Below are positions 21,340 to 30,317 of a DNA stretch of 64,000 nucleotides, one piece after another. Source of the DNA: Naegleria gruberi. Its lineage: Eukaryota. Under the pieces are notes generated by a model. The model ran no database searches. It was given only the letters and a program-made list of their open reading frames with translations, and was not told the DNA's origin. The stretch is taken from the NCBI GenBank assembly GCA_000004985.1, contig GG738884.1. One strand, written 5' to 3'. The position numbers were made by a program, and so were the translations under genes. Every line of letters begins with the position of its first letter. Within the stretch, counting starts at the first letter, position 1.

Positions 21340-22290
21340 TGTAAAGGTCAACTTTAAATGTTCTGGTTGACCTTCCAAGGATGTGTGGTGGCATCCAGAT
21401 TAGAAAGTATTAGAAACTTCTTAAGCATGGATATCTAGATATGGAAAGCGAATATTTCTATAAATGCATTTTTGTATGAGCAACTTGGGAAAGTGAAGAT
21501 ACGATACAACGAAACTGTAATGATACGTTTGTATGCCACGTCTGGAGATTGGCTTCGCACATGATTTTAAGCAATTTGGCAAAACAACTTTTTTGTGTTT
21601 TAAAGTGCTTTATTTTGAAACAACACAAGAAATCAAACAACAATCTTTTGATAATTAGCTGAAGATTGAGCCAACTTTGAAATCTTTTCAAATAACATCA
21701 AGTCTTTATTCAATAATTGCCAAATCCTTAAAATTTTCATCTCACGATCTGGCAATTTCTGCAAACTAGTTGAGAATAGGTTTAGTTTAGTCTTGTCCAC
21801 CTTCTATTTCAGTATTTTGTTGAAACACTGAAAACCGCTACATATCCATCTCCACTAATTTTAAAAATCTAGTCATCAAATATGGAATATTTAAAAATCT
21901 CTATATAAAACCCTTCCTTTACTTATTGGCGATCGCTACAATGCAATTCCTTAATAGCTTTATTCGAAACTTAGAAAGTCTTTATAGCCAAGCTTCAAAC
22001 ACTATCAAAAAAACATTCAAACTGGTTTAGAGCATTTGTTCAGTCTTTAATTCAACGTTTCGTACAAAATAGACAGCTTACTTTAATTTATTAGAAACTC
22101 CAAGCTAACCTAAAGGTTTCGAATACTTCATCCCTCCTATTTCAAATTTACTTCCTCGATCAGTCAATAAGAAACTTGGTCATTGTACATTTCAGATAAG
22201 CTGTTATCTAAAAGAAATTTAATATTTATGTAGATTGCTGACAAGTTGCTTATTTGGAAACACCTAATTTATCTAAAACAACATTTTGCA

Positions 22291-23151
22291 ATGTGTCTTC
22301 ACACCCAGAAAAAAATGTCAAGTCCTTCAACCTCAGTTTCGAATAATTTGGTTTCGTCTGGTTCATTTCACTTTCACAATTTTGATCCAAAAGCAAATGA
22401 AGAGAAGAAACGATTGAATAGAGAAATGATTGCAAAGAATACACATAATGGAATGGCATTTAAACCAAGCAAGTATATGGTTGATATTCAACATTCGAAT
22501 AATAATCAAAGACAAGTTTCACCTGCATCTCCAGTTTCGTATAGAACAAGCCGATCAAATTCTTCTTCGAACAAGTCTGCTGCTAAAACGATTAGCAATT
22601 CTCATTCATCGATTTCCAAACAACACAAGCTACTTTCGAATAATCACCAATACTCTAAGAGTAGAATCTGTGAGAAACAACTGACCATTAATGCTTCTGA
22701 ATGGAACTCCATCAAGCAATCTATTGAATCAAGAAGCAGAAATGTTTCTAATTGTTCAAATTCAAGCACTCTAAGCAAATCTAGTTGTTACATTGACAAA
22801 AACTCTGTAAATGGTGATTATTCGAAAGGTTTCGTAAATTGCCCGTCCAACCGTAACTATTCAAGCAACTACCAAGTCTATTCTCCTCTGGCTCACTACT
22901 CTGAATACTCTCAAAATATATCACTAAGCAACACATCAAATCTGCCAAGTCAATTATCAATCAGCAAAACTATTCCACTAACCAGTTCAATATCACCAAA
23001 TAATGTCCCGTTCACCCGCTCCATGGCCACTCATTGTGAAAGATTACCCTCCATTCAACATTTACTTGAAACTATTCCAATAACAAAATTCGAAAGACGA
23101 AACAATAGTCAATTAAACACAGTTTCAATAATTGAATTGTTGAAACAATAA
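22291..23151 (+). CDS. Ser/Asn-rich low-complexity protein, paralog A of a tandem pair.
   Basis: The ORF 22246..23151 starts at a TTG; ATGs lie at 22291 and 22315. It shares the motif FHNFDPKANEEKKRLNREMIAKNTHNGMAFKPSKY with the next gene. The rest is S/N-rich. Confidence 0.35.
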   Translation: MCLHTQKKMSSPSTSVSNNLVSSGSFHFHNFDPKANEEKKRLNREMIAKNTHNGMAFKPSKYMVDIQHSNNNQRQVSPASPVSYRTSRSNSSSNKSAAKTISNSHSSISKQHKLLSNNHQYSKSRICEKQLTINASEWNSIKQSIESRSRNVSNCSNSSTLSKSSCYIDKNSVNGDYSKGFVNCPSNRNYSSNYQVYSPLAHYSEYSQNISLSNTSNLPSQLSISKTIPLTSSISPNNVPFTRSMATHCERLPSIQHLLETIPITKFERRNNSQLNTVSIIELLKQ

Positions 23152-23371
23152 ATGTCATGAATTAAATTGCCTTCAAAAGATGTTAACTCTGCATAACATT
23201 AAAATTTGGAAAACCAAGATTTCCCTTCCTGCCAAGTTGTCATTCCCAAAATGGACAATTAAAAAAGTTGAAAGGCCAGTTACAGAGATAAATGCCGACG
23301 CATCTTTTATCGAATTGGTAACATCATACTAACATGAAGTGGTTTGTTTTGCATCAAAAAAAACAAAAGAA

Positions 23372-24064
23372 ATGCAACAAGACAGTCCTCGTCAAGTTTT
23401 GAATGCAAATTGTAATTATTCAAGCTCAACTGTTGTGAGTAGAAGGAAGGGAAGGGGAACGTCTGGAAAATGTAGTGGAATGATGGAGAGTCATCATTTG
23501 GTTTCGAATAATAATCCATGGTTGAGGTTTCATTCTTATGATCCAGTTGAACATGAAGAAAAGAAGAGAAAGTTGAGAGAATACTCAAAACGAAACGCAT
23601 ACAAGGGTTTACACTTTAGACCAAGCAAGTATAATCAAGAGGTAGTTAAATTTTCAGTACAAGCTCCTAACATGTTGAGTGAGCAGAATCTAACAGAAAG
23701 GTCTGTATTAAAAGTTGATGAGAAGGCATGTAGTGCACATCAAGTGATCACCAACTCAAAGATACCACTCACTCATTTTCAAGTTTCTTCCATTATTCAG
23801 TTGGAATCGAATAGCTTAATTTCAACAACAAACAACATCCAAGCACCAACCGCCTCCAAATCAACATGCATTCAATTCACCCATCAAAACTCTAGAAACG
23901 TTCTTCCCTCCATAAATGAAATACTATCTCTCTCCAAAATTCAAAAAGCACCACACAAAATGATTCACAACTCATCTCTCCAAATCATCCAACAAAACTC
24001 AATCAATTCTGACAATTTTCAATTGGAAAATCTAACTCTTGCACCAATCAACATGTACTTCTAA
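23372..24064 (+). CDS. Ser/Asn-rich low-complexity protein, paralog B of a tandem pair.
   Basis: The ORF 23339..24064 starts at a GTG; the first ATG is at 23372. Shared motif RFHSYDPVEHEEKKRKLREYSKRNAYKGLHFRPSKY. Confidence 0.35.
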   Translation: MQQDSPRQVLNANCNYSSSTVVSRRKGRGTSGKCSGMMESHHLVSNNNPWLRFHSYDPVEHEEKKRKLREYSKRNAYKGLHFRPSKYNQEVVKFSVQAPNMLSEQNLTERSVLKVDEKACSAHQVITNSKIPLTHFQVSSIIQLESNSLISTTNNIQAPTASKSTCIQFTHQNSRNVLPSINEILSLSKIQKAPHKMIHNSSLQIIQQNSINSDNFQLENLTLAPINMYF

Positions 24065-24208
24065 CTCTCCCCAACCATTCCCACACGATCATTCTCAACC
24101 AATTCTCTCATTCAATTTTACAATAAACCACTCAAGAAAATCTTCGAACGATGTTCTTGTTCAACAAAAAAGCTCAAAATCAAAAAAAACTCTTAAAAAT
24201 AAAAAAAA

Positions 24209-26140
24209 ATGGGAAAGAGAGAATTATACAGAAATAAACAAGCTTTGGCTAATGCTGCTCCTCTGGCTCAAGCACACTCCCAACCGCTTGGTATTACCAT
24301 CGGAGCACGTACATCTAATGTAAAGATGCCTAAGGAGGCCATTCCAGCCATCTATTATGAAAAGATTTTAAAATACATGAAAACAAAGGAAATGTTGAAT
24401 GATATTGCAGGAGCTTGCACTAAATATTTGTACAAACCATCGGATTGGAAGTATTATTACTTTGAACATCGTTGGAAGGAATATTCTAACGTGAGAAGAG
24501 CCTTGCGTAAATTAATTCAAATGGGAACACTTCAAGTCTTGTTGAGAGGAAAGTATTATAAGGAAGAGACTTCTGATCCAGAAGCTATTACAAGTGGTGG
24601 TGCCTCTTCTTCTACTGATAATAATCAATCAGCTGATGCTAGTAATGTTGCTTCCGAAGAAGTTTTACAAGTAAAAGAAGAAGAATTTGAAACTTTTGTA
24701 ATTGGAGGAAGAACATTAACTAGAAAAAAGTATGTAAAGGCTTCTTCTGTGCCATCGAATAAGAAGGCCACCACTCCAGTTGATCAAGAGGAAATTCAAA
24801 TTGAAGAAGAAGAAACAATTAATCAACAAGCAATGAATAAGAAGAATAAGAAGAAGAATAAGAAAAACAAAAAGAAGGATCCTTTTGAATTGGATGAGGA
24901 AAATGATGATCAAGATGATGGAACTTTTGATGGATTTGAAATTACCAGAGATGAGGATCGTCCACAATTATATGAATTGAATGAATGGAAAGATGATCCA
25001 AAGAAGAATAAGAAACAAAATAAGAAACAAAACAAAAAGCAAAGTTCTAGTTTGGAAATTGAAGAAGATACTTTTGTAAAGGAAGAAGAAGGTGGTGATA
25101 AGGGAATTCCTTCTAAAGCTGTACATATTGATTTTAATAATATCAAAAAGATTGTAAAGGCAACTGAAAAGATTGATTGTGCTGAAAATGAAGCAGTTCA
25201 GAATATTACTCTCAACTTGACAAGAAAATCAAAGGAAGAATCATCCAGCTCTCAGAAAACTGTGATTCAGGTTGTTAAAGGTGACATGTTGGAAACTGCA
25301 ATTAGTTTGAGAAGGATTTGTAAACTTAATCCACTCGTTTTGGTCTCTGGTAGCCAAACTGTTCCAGGAGGATCTTTTGCTAAGGGAGGAAATACTCAAG
25401 AGGAAGATTTCTGTAGAAGATCATCATTGTCTTTAGCAATTGCTGATCCATACAGATTTGATGAAACTAGAGAGTGGACTTACCCATTACCTGAATTTGG
25501 AGGAATTTATACACCAAATGTTGTAGTGTTAAGAGGTCCAAAGAGCGATGGATATGCCTTCTTGGATAGAACATGGGCTTGCTCAATGTTTATCACCTAT
25601 CCTTATGTGAATCCACCAACAGAGAAGAGAAAGGTAGCCGATCCAAATACTGTCATTCCAAATGAAGAGGACGATGACGAAGAAGTAACAACTGAGAATT
25701 TCCTCTCTACCAAATTGTCCAACTCAATGAAGAAGAAGATTGCTGCCTACTTTGATGTTGCATTAAAGAAGGGTCATGATTCTCTTGTTATTGGTGCTCT
25801 TGGTTGTGAAAATACTCACTCCAATCCTGCCTATCATATTGCTCAACTTTTCAAGGAAGTATTGGCAAGTGAAATTTTCAAGGACAAGTTCAAGGTTGTC
25901 ATTTTCTCTATTTTGGTTGATAAGGAAACTGATAGCAAGTTGGCCAATGAAGGTGGTGCTGACGATGTGGAAGAAGTTGAGGATAATGATGACGTCGAAG
26001 ATCAACAAGATATCTCAACCAATCTGCTCGATACTTCAATTGAAAGAAAGAATAATCTTTCAGTATTTTCCAAATTATTCCACGGAAAGGAAGAAGCTCC
26101 AACAGCTGAAGAATTCATTCCAACCATTGAATGTAAATAA
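24209..26140 (+). CDS. Protein with a C-terminal bacterial-type PARG / DUF2263 (TIGR02452) macro-like domain and a Lys/Glu-rich central region.
   Basis: ATG at 24209. The C-terminal domain reads ...PLVLVSGSQTVPGGSFAKGGNTQEEDFCRRSSLSLAI...YTPNVVVLRG...DSLVIGALGCENTHSNPAYHIAQLFKEVL. This matches the mPARG diphosphate-binding loop and the catalytic QEE (NFAS.GGG...G...AQEE.LCR.S.L) and the second loop (LVLGA.GCGVF.NDP). The central region has KKNKKKNKKNKKK and KKNKKQNKKQNKKQ repeats. Confidence 0.6.
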   Translation: MGKRELYRNKQALANAAPLAQAHSQPLGITIGARTSNVKMPKEAIPAIYYEKILKYMKTKEMLNDIAGACTKYLYKPSDWKYYYFEHRWKEYSNVRRALRKLIQMGTLQVLLRGKYYKEETSDPEAITSGGASSSTDNNQSADASNVASEEVLQVKEEEFETFVIGGRTLTRKKYVKASSVPSNKKATTPVDQEEIQIEEEETINQQAMNKKNKKKNKKNKKKDPFELDEENDDQDDGTFDGFEITRDEDRPQLYELNEWKDDPKKNKKQNKKQNKKQSSSLEIEEDTFVKEEEGGDKGIPSKAVHIDFNNIKKIVKATEKIDCAENEAVQNITLNLTRKSKEESSSSQKTVIQVVKGDMLETAISLRRICKLNPLVLVSGSQTVPGGSFAKGGNTQEEDFCRRSSLSLAIADPYRFDETREWTYPLPEFGGIYTPNVVVLRGPKSDGYAFLDRTWACSMFITYPYVNPPTEKRKVADPNTVIPNEEDDDEEVTTENFLSTKLSNSMKKKIAAYFDVALKKGHDSLVIGALGCENTHSNPAYHIAQLFKEVLASEIFKDKFKVVIFSILVDKETDSKLANEGGADDVEEVEDNDDVEDQQDISTNLLDTSIERKNNLSVFSKLFHGKEEAPTAEEFIPTIECK

Positions 26141-26258
26141 ACATATCTGTGAATAAATCGTTGAACATTTTCAATAGAATTTTTTTGCTAGATCAGAAAT
26201 TAATTGATCATCAAATATTATTCTAAATTAACTTTACAATTTTTAATTTACATAAATA

Positions 26259-27131
26259 TTAATTACTCTTGTCTGATTCTTCGCTCTTCTTGGCATTCTT
26301 GATGAGCCATTGTAAAGTCTTGTCAATATTTACAGAATTTTTAGCACTAATTGAGTAGCAAGATACTTCTCGTCCAGTAATAAGTTTGAGATCCAATTTG
26401 TCAATTAATTCTTGTACACCTCTAGCATTTGGTAAATCATTCTTATTTCCAAGTACCAGTAAAGGAATAGTCGAAAGAGAGGCTTTTCCAACCAATTCAT
26501 GAAGCTCCTTTTTGGCTACTTCCAATGTTTGTTCATCACTTGCAGAGTCCACAACATATACAATAGCTCCAACTCCTCTACAATATCTCTGTGTTTTTTG
26601 AAATGTAATATTATAACAATCATAATATTAGATAGAATGTGATGACAACAAGTATGAAATTAAAATTAAATATATTACGTTCATATCAAATACATACCTC
26701 CCACATGTTTCTGAATTTGGATTGACCTATTATTGTCAATTTAAATCATCGTTAGTATCATGATAATCCAAAGTTATTAGAAAAATATTAAATGATTAGA
26801 ATAACAATTTGTCATCACAGTTGAACAACATATGATGGACCATCATCATAGTTAATAGTGATGATTATAATAATAAATAATTGAATAGTTTTCAAAAGAA
26901 TGACATACCTCCGATATCCCACAACTTGATTTCTACACCTCCTTTACTCACTTTTCGCATATTAAAGCCAATAGTTGGTATAGTATCCTCATTCATCTGA
27001 CCAAATGAAATTGTATTTACAAGTGTCGTTTTACCAGCATTTTGCAATCCGACCAATGTAAGTTCCAACTCTTGCTTCCAGAAGAGTGATTTAATCCAAT
27101 CCATCAATGATTTCAAAGCTGCTGCTAACAT
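26259..27131 (-). CDS. ARL8: ARL8-type Arf-like small GTPase encoded in three exons: 26909..27131, 26698..26726 and 26259..26588.
   Basis: Exon 1 reads [75 protein letters not shown] and ends at a GTATGT donor (26908). A 29-nt micro-exon encodes (G)QSKFRNMWE, flanked by aatag| and |gtatgta. Exon 3 starts at acacag|AGA and reads [20 protein letters not shown]...[12 protein letters not shown]...[23 protein letters not shown]. The splice joins restore the canonical WDIGGQxxFRxMWERYCRG switch II of ARL8. Confidence 0.75.
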
Positions 27132-27531
27132 TTTCCTCTATTATTACTATTATTTTGTACAAATTTTGCTTTCTCTATGATGTGCTATCTCAACGACTAC
27201 GATAATGATGACTATTAATGACGATGAAATAATATTATCGTTGTTGCTCGGTGATGACAAGATTTTTTTAATAAATTTTTTTTAAAGTTGTTGTTTGCTT
27301 TGCAACGTTTATTTGCTAAATTAAAAATTGATGACGAAAATAAACTCGACAACTCCAATTGGAAGAGGTTTTGAAAAAGATTCTCCGGTAAGAGAGACTT
27401 AGTGAAACATTGAAGATTGTTAAATAGTATTAATAGAGGAATGTACATTGAATATTTGTTGAATTTGATGAAATAATAATGATATCTGCTGTCAGCCATC
27501 AAACAACTTCAGTGAAAGGAAAAACAAAAAA

Positions 27532-29586
27532 ATGGGACAAAACCATTCAGGTGGATCAAATTCTGTGGGTGGAATGGGAGGAACACTAGTTGGAGATCAA
27601 TACAAACCACCAGATCGTACCACAAACAATCTAGCTTCCTCCTTTCATACCAAAGAATCCATCAAAATTCAACAGCAGCAACAACAACAACCCGATTCAA
27701 ATACAAACAACAATAATACATCGTCAGGTAATCTTGTTCTGATAGCAGCATCCAACACTTCCGATGCCTTGCTCATGTCCATCGCAGAGTTAGTCATTGT
27801 TCTCCAACAATTGGGTGAGATTCATCTCGTTGTCTTGCTGGAGGAAATTTCTCGTCACTACTACGAGATTCAAATTGGAGGCAATTTTTCTTCTCTGGAA
27901 GCAATTGCTGCTGCTAACAATAACACACAAGGAAATGGCGCCACTTCTCCAACACAAAATTTACAGGGTGGTGGCCCTCTCGCCAGTACATCATTTAAAA
28001 ATGGCGCCACTGGAAATTATGGCAACTCGAATGTAGATAATGGTCTGAAGAAGTACATTAATTGTGCCAAGTATACTCCCACTTGGTTGGAAGATGAGGG
28101 TGTATTTGGAGGTGGTGGTGGTATCGGAAGTGGATCGATTGGTAGAGGGAGTAGAATTAGTATTGGAGCAACATCAGGAAATAATGGCATGGATGAAGAT
28201 GATATGGAGGAGGATTATGGTGTAAATTATAATACGGATTCTGCTTTTCAGGTCTGGTTGATTGCATTGAAGGATAGACAATTACCGAGATTTAAGAGAA
28301 AATTGGAAAAGTTATTTGTGGATAATAGTGGAGGAGCAAGGAAGGTTGCCTTCTCTTTCAATGTACAAATGTCAACCTCATCGACAAATAGTTTGAGAAG
28401 AGCTTCTTCATTCCTACACGCACAAACTAATCCAAAAACTAATTATGTCATTGATATGGATAGTAAGCAGAAATATTTTGAGGTGAGGTCAGAGATGGAA
28501 ATTATTCTCACTCATACTCTTGAGGAAATTAAAGATTTGAAAGAATGTTTGGATGCAAAGAGAAAAATCGAAGGAGGAACATCAAGTACCAGTGGAGCTG
28601 ATGTTGCCGATGTTTCGGTTCTCCTTCAAGATTTTGATTTTGAATGTAGTTGGTGGGAGAAGAAGATTGGCTCCTCCAATTTCAGTGTCAAGAAGAAGGC
28701 ATTTATTGATGCCATTGAAGAAACTTTTGCTCACTTGAAAGTCAAGTTTGAAATTGAGGTTTTGGAAGAGATTTCAGATCCAACTTGTGATGGAGTTGTA
28801 AGTGTGACAGATTTGAAAACTCTCACTAGATGGTTGGGCAGTATTTACAAGTGGAATACTGACGAATTGAAATTGAGAAATATTGCTGGAAAAGAAGATG
28901 CTGCACCAGTTATTTTCCTTCCTCATTTTTGGGGTTCAGTGACATGTTACGATGCACAAGATATTTTACAAAAGGAAGAACCTGGAACGTACATTATTCG
29001 TTTCAATGAGAACGAGCCTGGGCATTACTACATTTCATGTGTTCAGGAAAATGTTGTGGAAAATGAGGAGACTAGCTCAAATACTGGATTTTTTGCCACT
29101 CGTCAAGTGTATCACTTTGTATTGAAGAGAGGAAAAACTGAGAAGGGAGAACCTTACTATTACTTGTCCGATGCTGATAAGAGTCACAAATTCAAGACCA
29201 TTACTGAGCTACTTGATAAGAATTACTTTTTGACATTCAAATATCCATATGTCAATGACGATCTCAAGTCTGCATTTGTTTCAAAGAAGAGAGATGTCGA
29301 TGTCTTTGGTGCATTGAAGAGTTTATCAGGAGAGGGTGATGATTTGAATCCTTATCCATTTGTTGTATATAAGGGAAAGTTCAATGTTAATGAAAAGAAG
29401 AAGGAATCAGACATGAAAAAGATTGCCAATTTAGCTAAAAAGACTACTGAGCCGTCATTGGGCAATCCAGTCAATAATAATTCATCCTCAAGCATTAAAG
29501 ATCAAGAACCAGGTATGGTACGAGTGGATTCCCTCAATTTACCACTGAGTAATAGCAAGGAAGAAACTTTAGATTTATCTGAATAA
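27532..29586 (+). CDS. N-myristoylation-motif protein (MGQNHSG) with a C-terminal SH2 domain.
   Basis: ATG at 27532. SH2 core FWGSVTCYDAQDILQKEEPGTYIIRFNENEPGHYYISCV ... YHFVL (pattern W.G.ISR..AE..L....GTFLIRxSES.PG.Y.LSV), with the Arg in IRFNE as the conserved phosphotyrosine-binding Arg. The N-terminus has a polyQ tract and Gly-rich segments. Confidence 0.6.
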   Translation: MGQNHSGGSNSVGGMGGTLVGDQYKPPDRTTNNLASSFHTKESIKIQQQQQQQPDSNTNNNNTSSGNLVLIAASNTSDALLMSIAELVIVLQQLGEIHLVVLLEEISRHYYEIQIGGNFSSLEAIAAANNNTQGNGATSPTQNLQGGGPLASTSFKNGATGNYGNSNVDNGLKKYINCAKYTPTWLEDEGVFGGGGGIGSGSIGRGSRISIGATSGNNGMDEDDMEEDYGVNYNTDSAFQVWLIALKDRQLPRFKRKLEKLFVDNSGGARKVAFSFNVQMSTSSTNSLRRASSFLHAQTNPKTNYVIDMDSKQKYFEVRSEMEIILTHTLEEIKDLKECLDAKRKIEGGTSSTSGADVADVSVLLQDFDFECSWWEKKIGSSNFSVKKKAFIDAIEETFAHLKVKFEIEVLEEISDPTCDGVVSVTDLKTLTRWLGSIYKWNTDELKLRNIAGKEDAAPVIFLPHFWGSVTCYDAQDILQKEEPGTYIIRFNENEPGHYYISCVQENVVENEETSSNTGFFATRQVYHFVLKRGKTEKGEPYYYLSDADKSHKFKTITELLDKNYFLTFKYPYVNDDLKSAFVSKKRDVDVFGALKSLSGEGDDLNPYPFVVYKGKFNVNEKKKESDMKKIANLAKKTTEPSLGNPVNNNSSSSIKDQEPGMVRVDSLNLPLSNSKEETLDLSE

Positions 29587-29765
29587 ATACTTCAGAAGAT
29601 TCAATGTAAATAGATTAAGTATATTCAATTAAACAGAAAAGTTTGAAACTGGTATGACTCTTGCATTCTTACATAAGAATGTATACCCTGTTTTGGAGTG
29701 TCAAGACAATATGATATTCATTGTTAGCTATGGTTACTGGCAATAAAAATATGTGAAGCCAAAAG

Positions 29766-29852
29766 CTCCGATGAGACGGAATCGAACCGCCGACCACAGG
29801 ATTACAGTTTTTCTTGCTACAGTCCCATGCTCTACCAGCTGAGCTATCATCG
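29766..29852 (-). tRNA. tRNA-Tyr(GUA): tRNA-Tyr (anticodon GUA) with a 14-nt intron after position 37.
   Basis: Minus-strand sequence CCGATGATAGCTCAGCTGGTAGAGCATGGGACTGTAG[CAAGAAAAACTGTA]ATCCTGTGGTCGGCGGTTCGATTCCGTCTCATCGG A. The acceptor stem is 7 bp. D-arm GCTC/GAGC. Anticodon loop CUGUAGA. T-arm GGCGG-TTCGATT-CCGTC. Discriminator A. Confidence 0.8.
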
Positions 29853-29967
29853 GTTACATATGTAAAGAAAAGTTTTATGTTCATCATGTACTGAGTTCCA
29901 AGTCCAATTAAGGGACTTGGGTGAAAACATTGCTCACAATCGTGTAGTTCAGAGTATAAATGTGAAA

Positions 29968-30038
29968 TCGGGTGTGGTATAGTGGTAGCATTCCAGACTG
30001 TCACTCTGGCGACCCGGGTTCAATTCCCGGCACTCGAG
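29968..30038 (+). tRNA. tRNA-Asp(GUC): tRNA-Asp (anticodon GUC).
   Basis: TCGGGTGTGGTATAGTGGTAGCATTCCAGACTGTCACTCTGGCGACCCGGGTTCAATTCCCGGCACTCGA G. U1-A72 as in metazoan and fungal tRNA-Asp. Anticodon stem CCAGA/TCTGG, loop CUGUCAC. T-arm CCGGG-TTCAATT-CCCGG. One A-C mismatch in the D-stem. Confidence 0.8.
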
Positions 30039-30317
30039 TAATAATTTTATGTTTATTCAATTCTTCGATATTTTTGCTTTTCAATATTTTGTGATCTGAT
30101 AGTCCACATCCTTATCTTGATTATTCATTTTTTATTTTTTAATAATTATTCTTATTTCCTTTTTTAGAAGCCTCGTCCTGACCACTATTTTTTTCAAATG
30201 AGTTAACAAGCTCTCTAAACTCAAAATCATCATGTTCTATAGAGGAAACGTATCTCTCCCATCCAATGTATGGTAAAATTTGAATAATAATAACAATTCT
30301 GAACTTTTCAAAAAAAA

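Noticed and set aside
29669-30004. A 111-aa minus-strand ORF.
   Set aside because: It overlaps both tRNA-Tyr and tRNA-Asp and is spurious.
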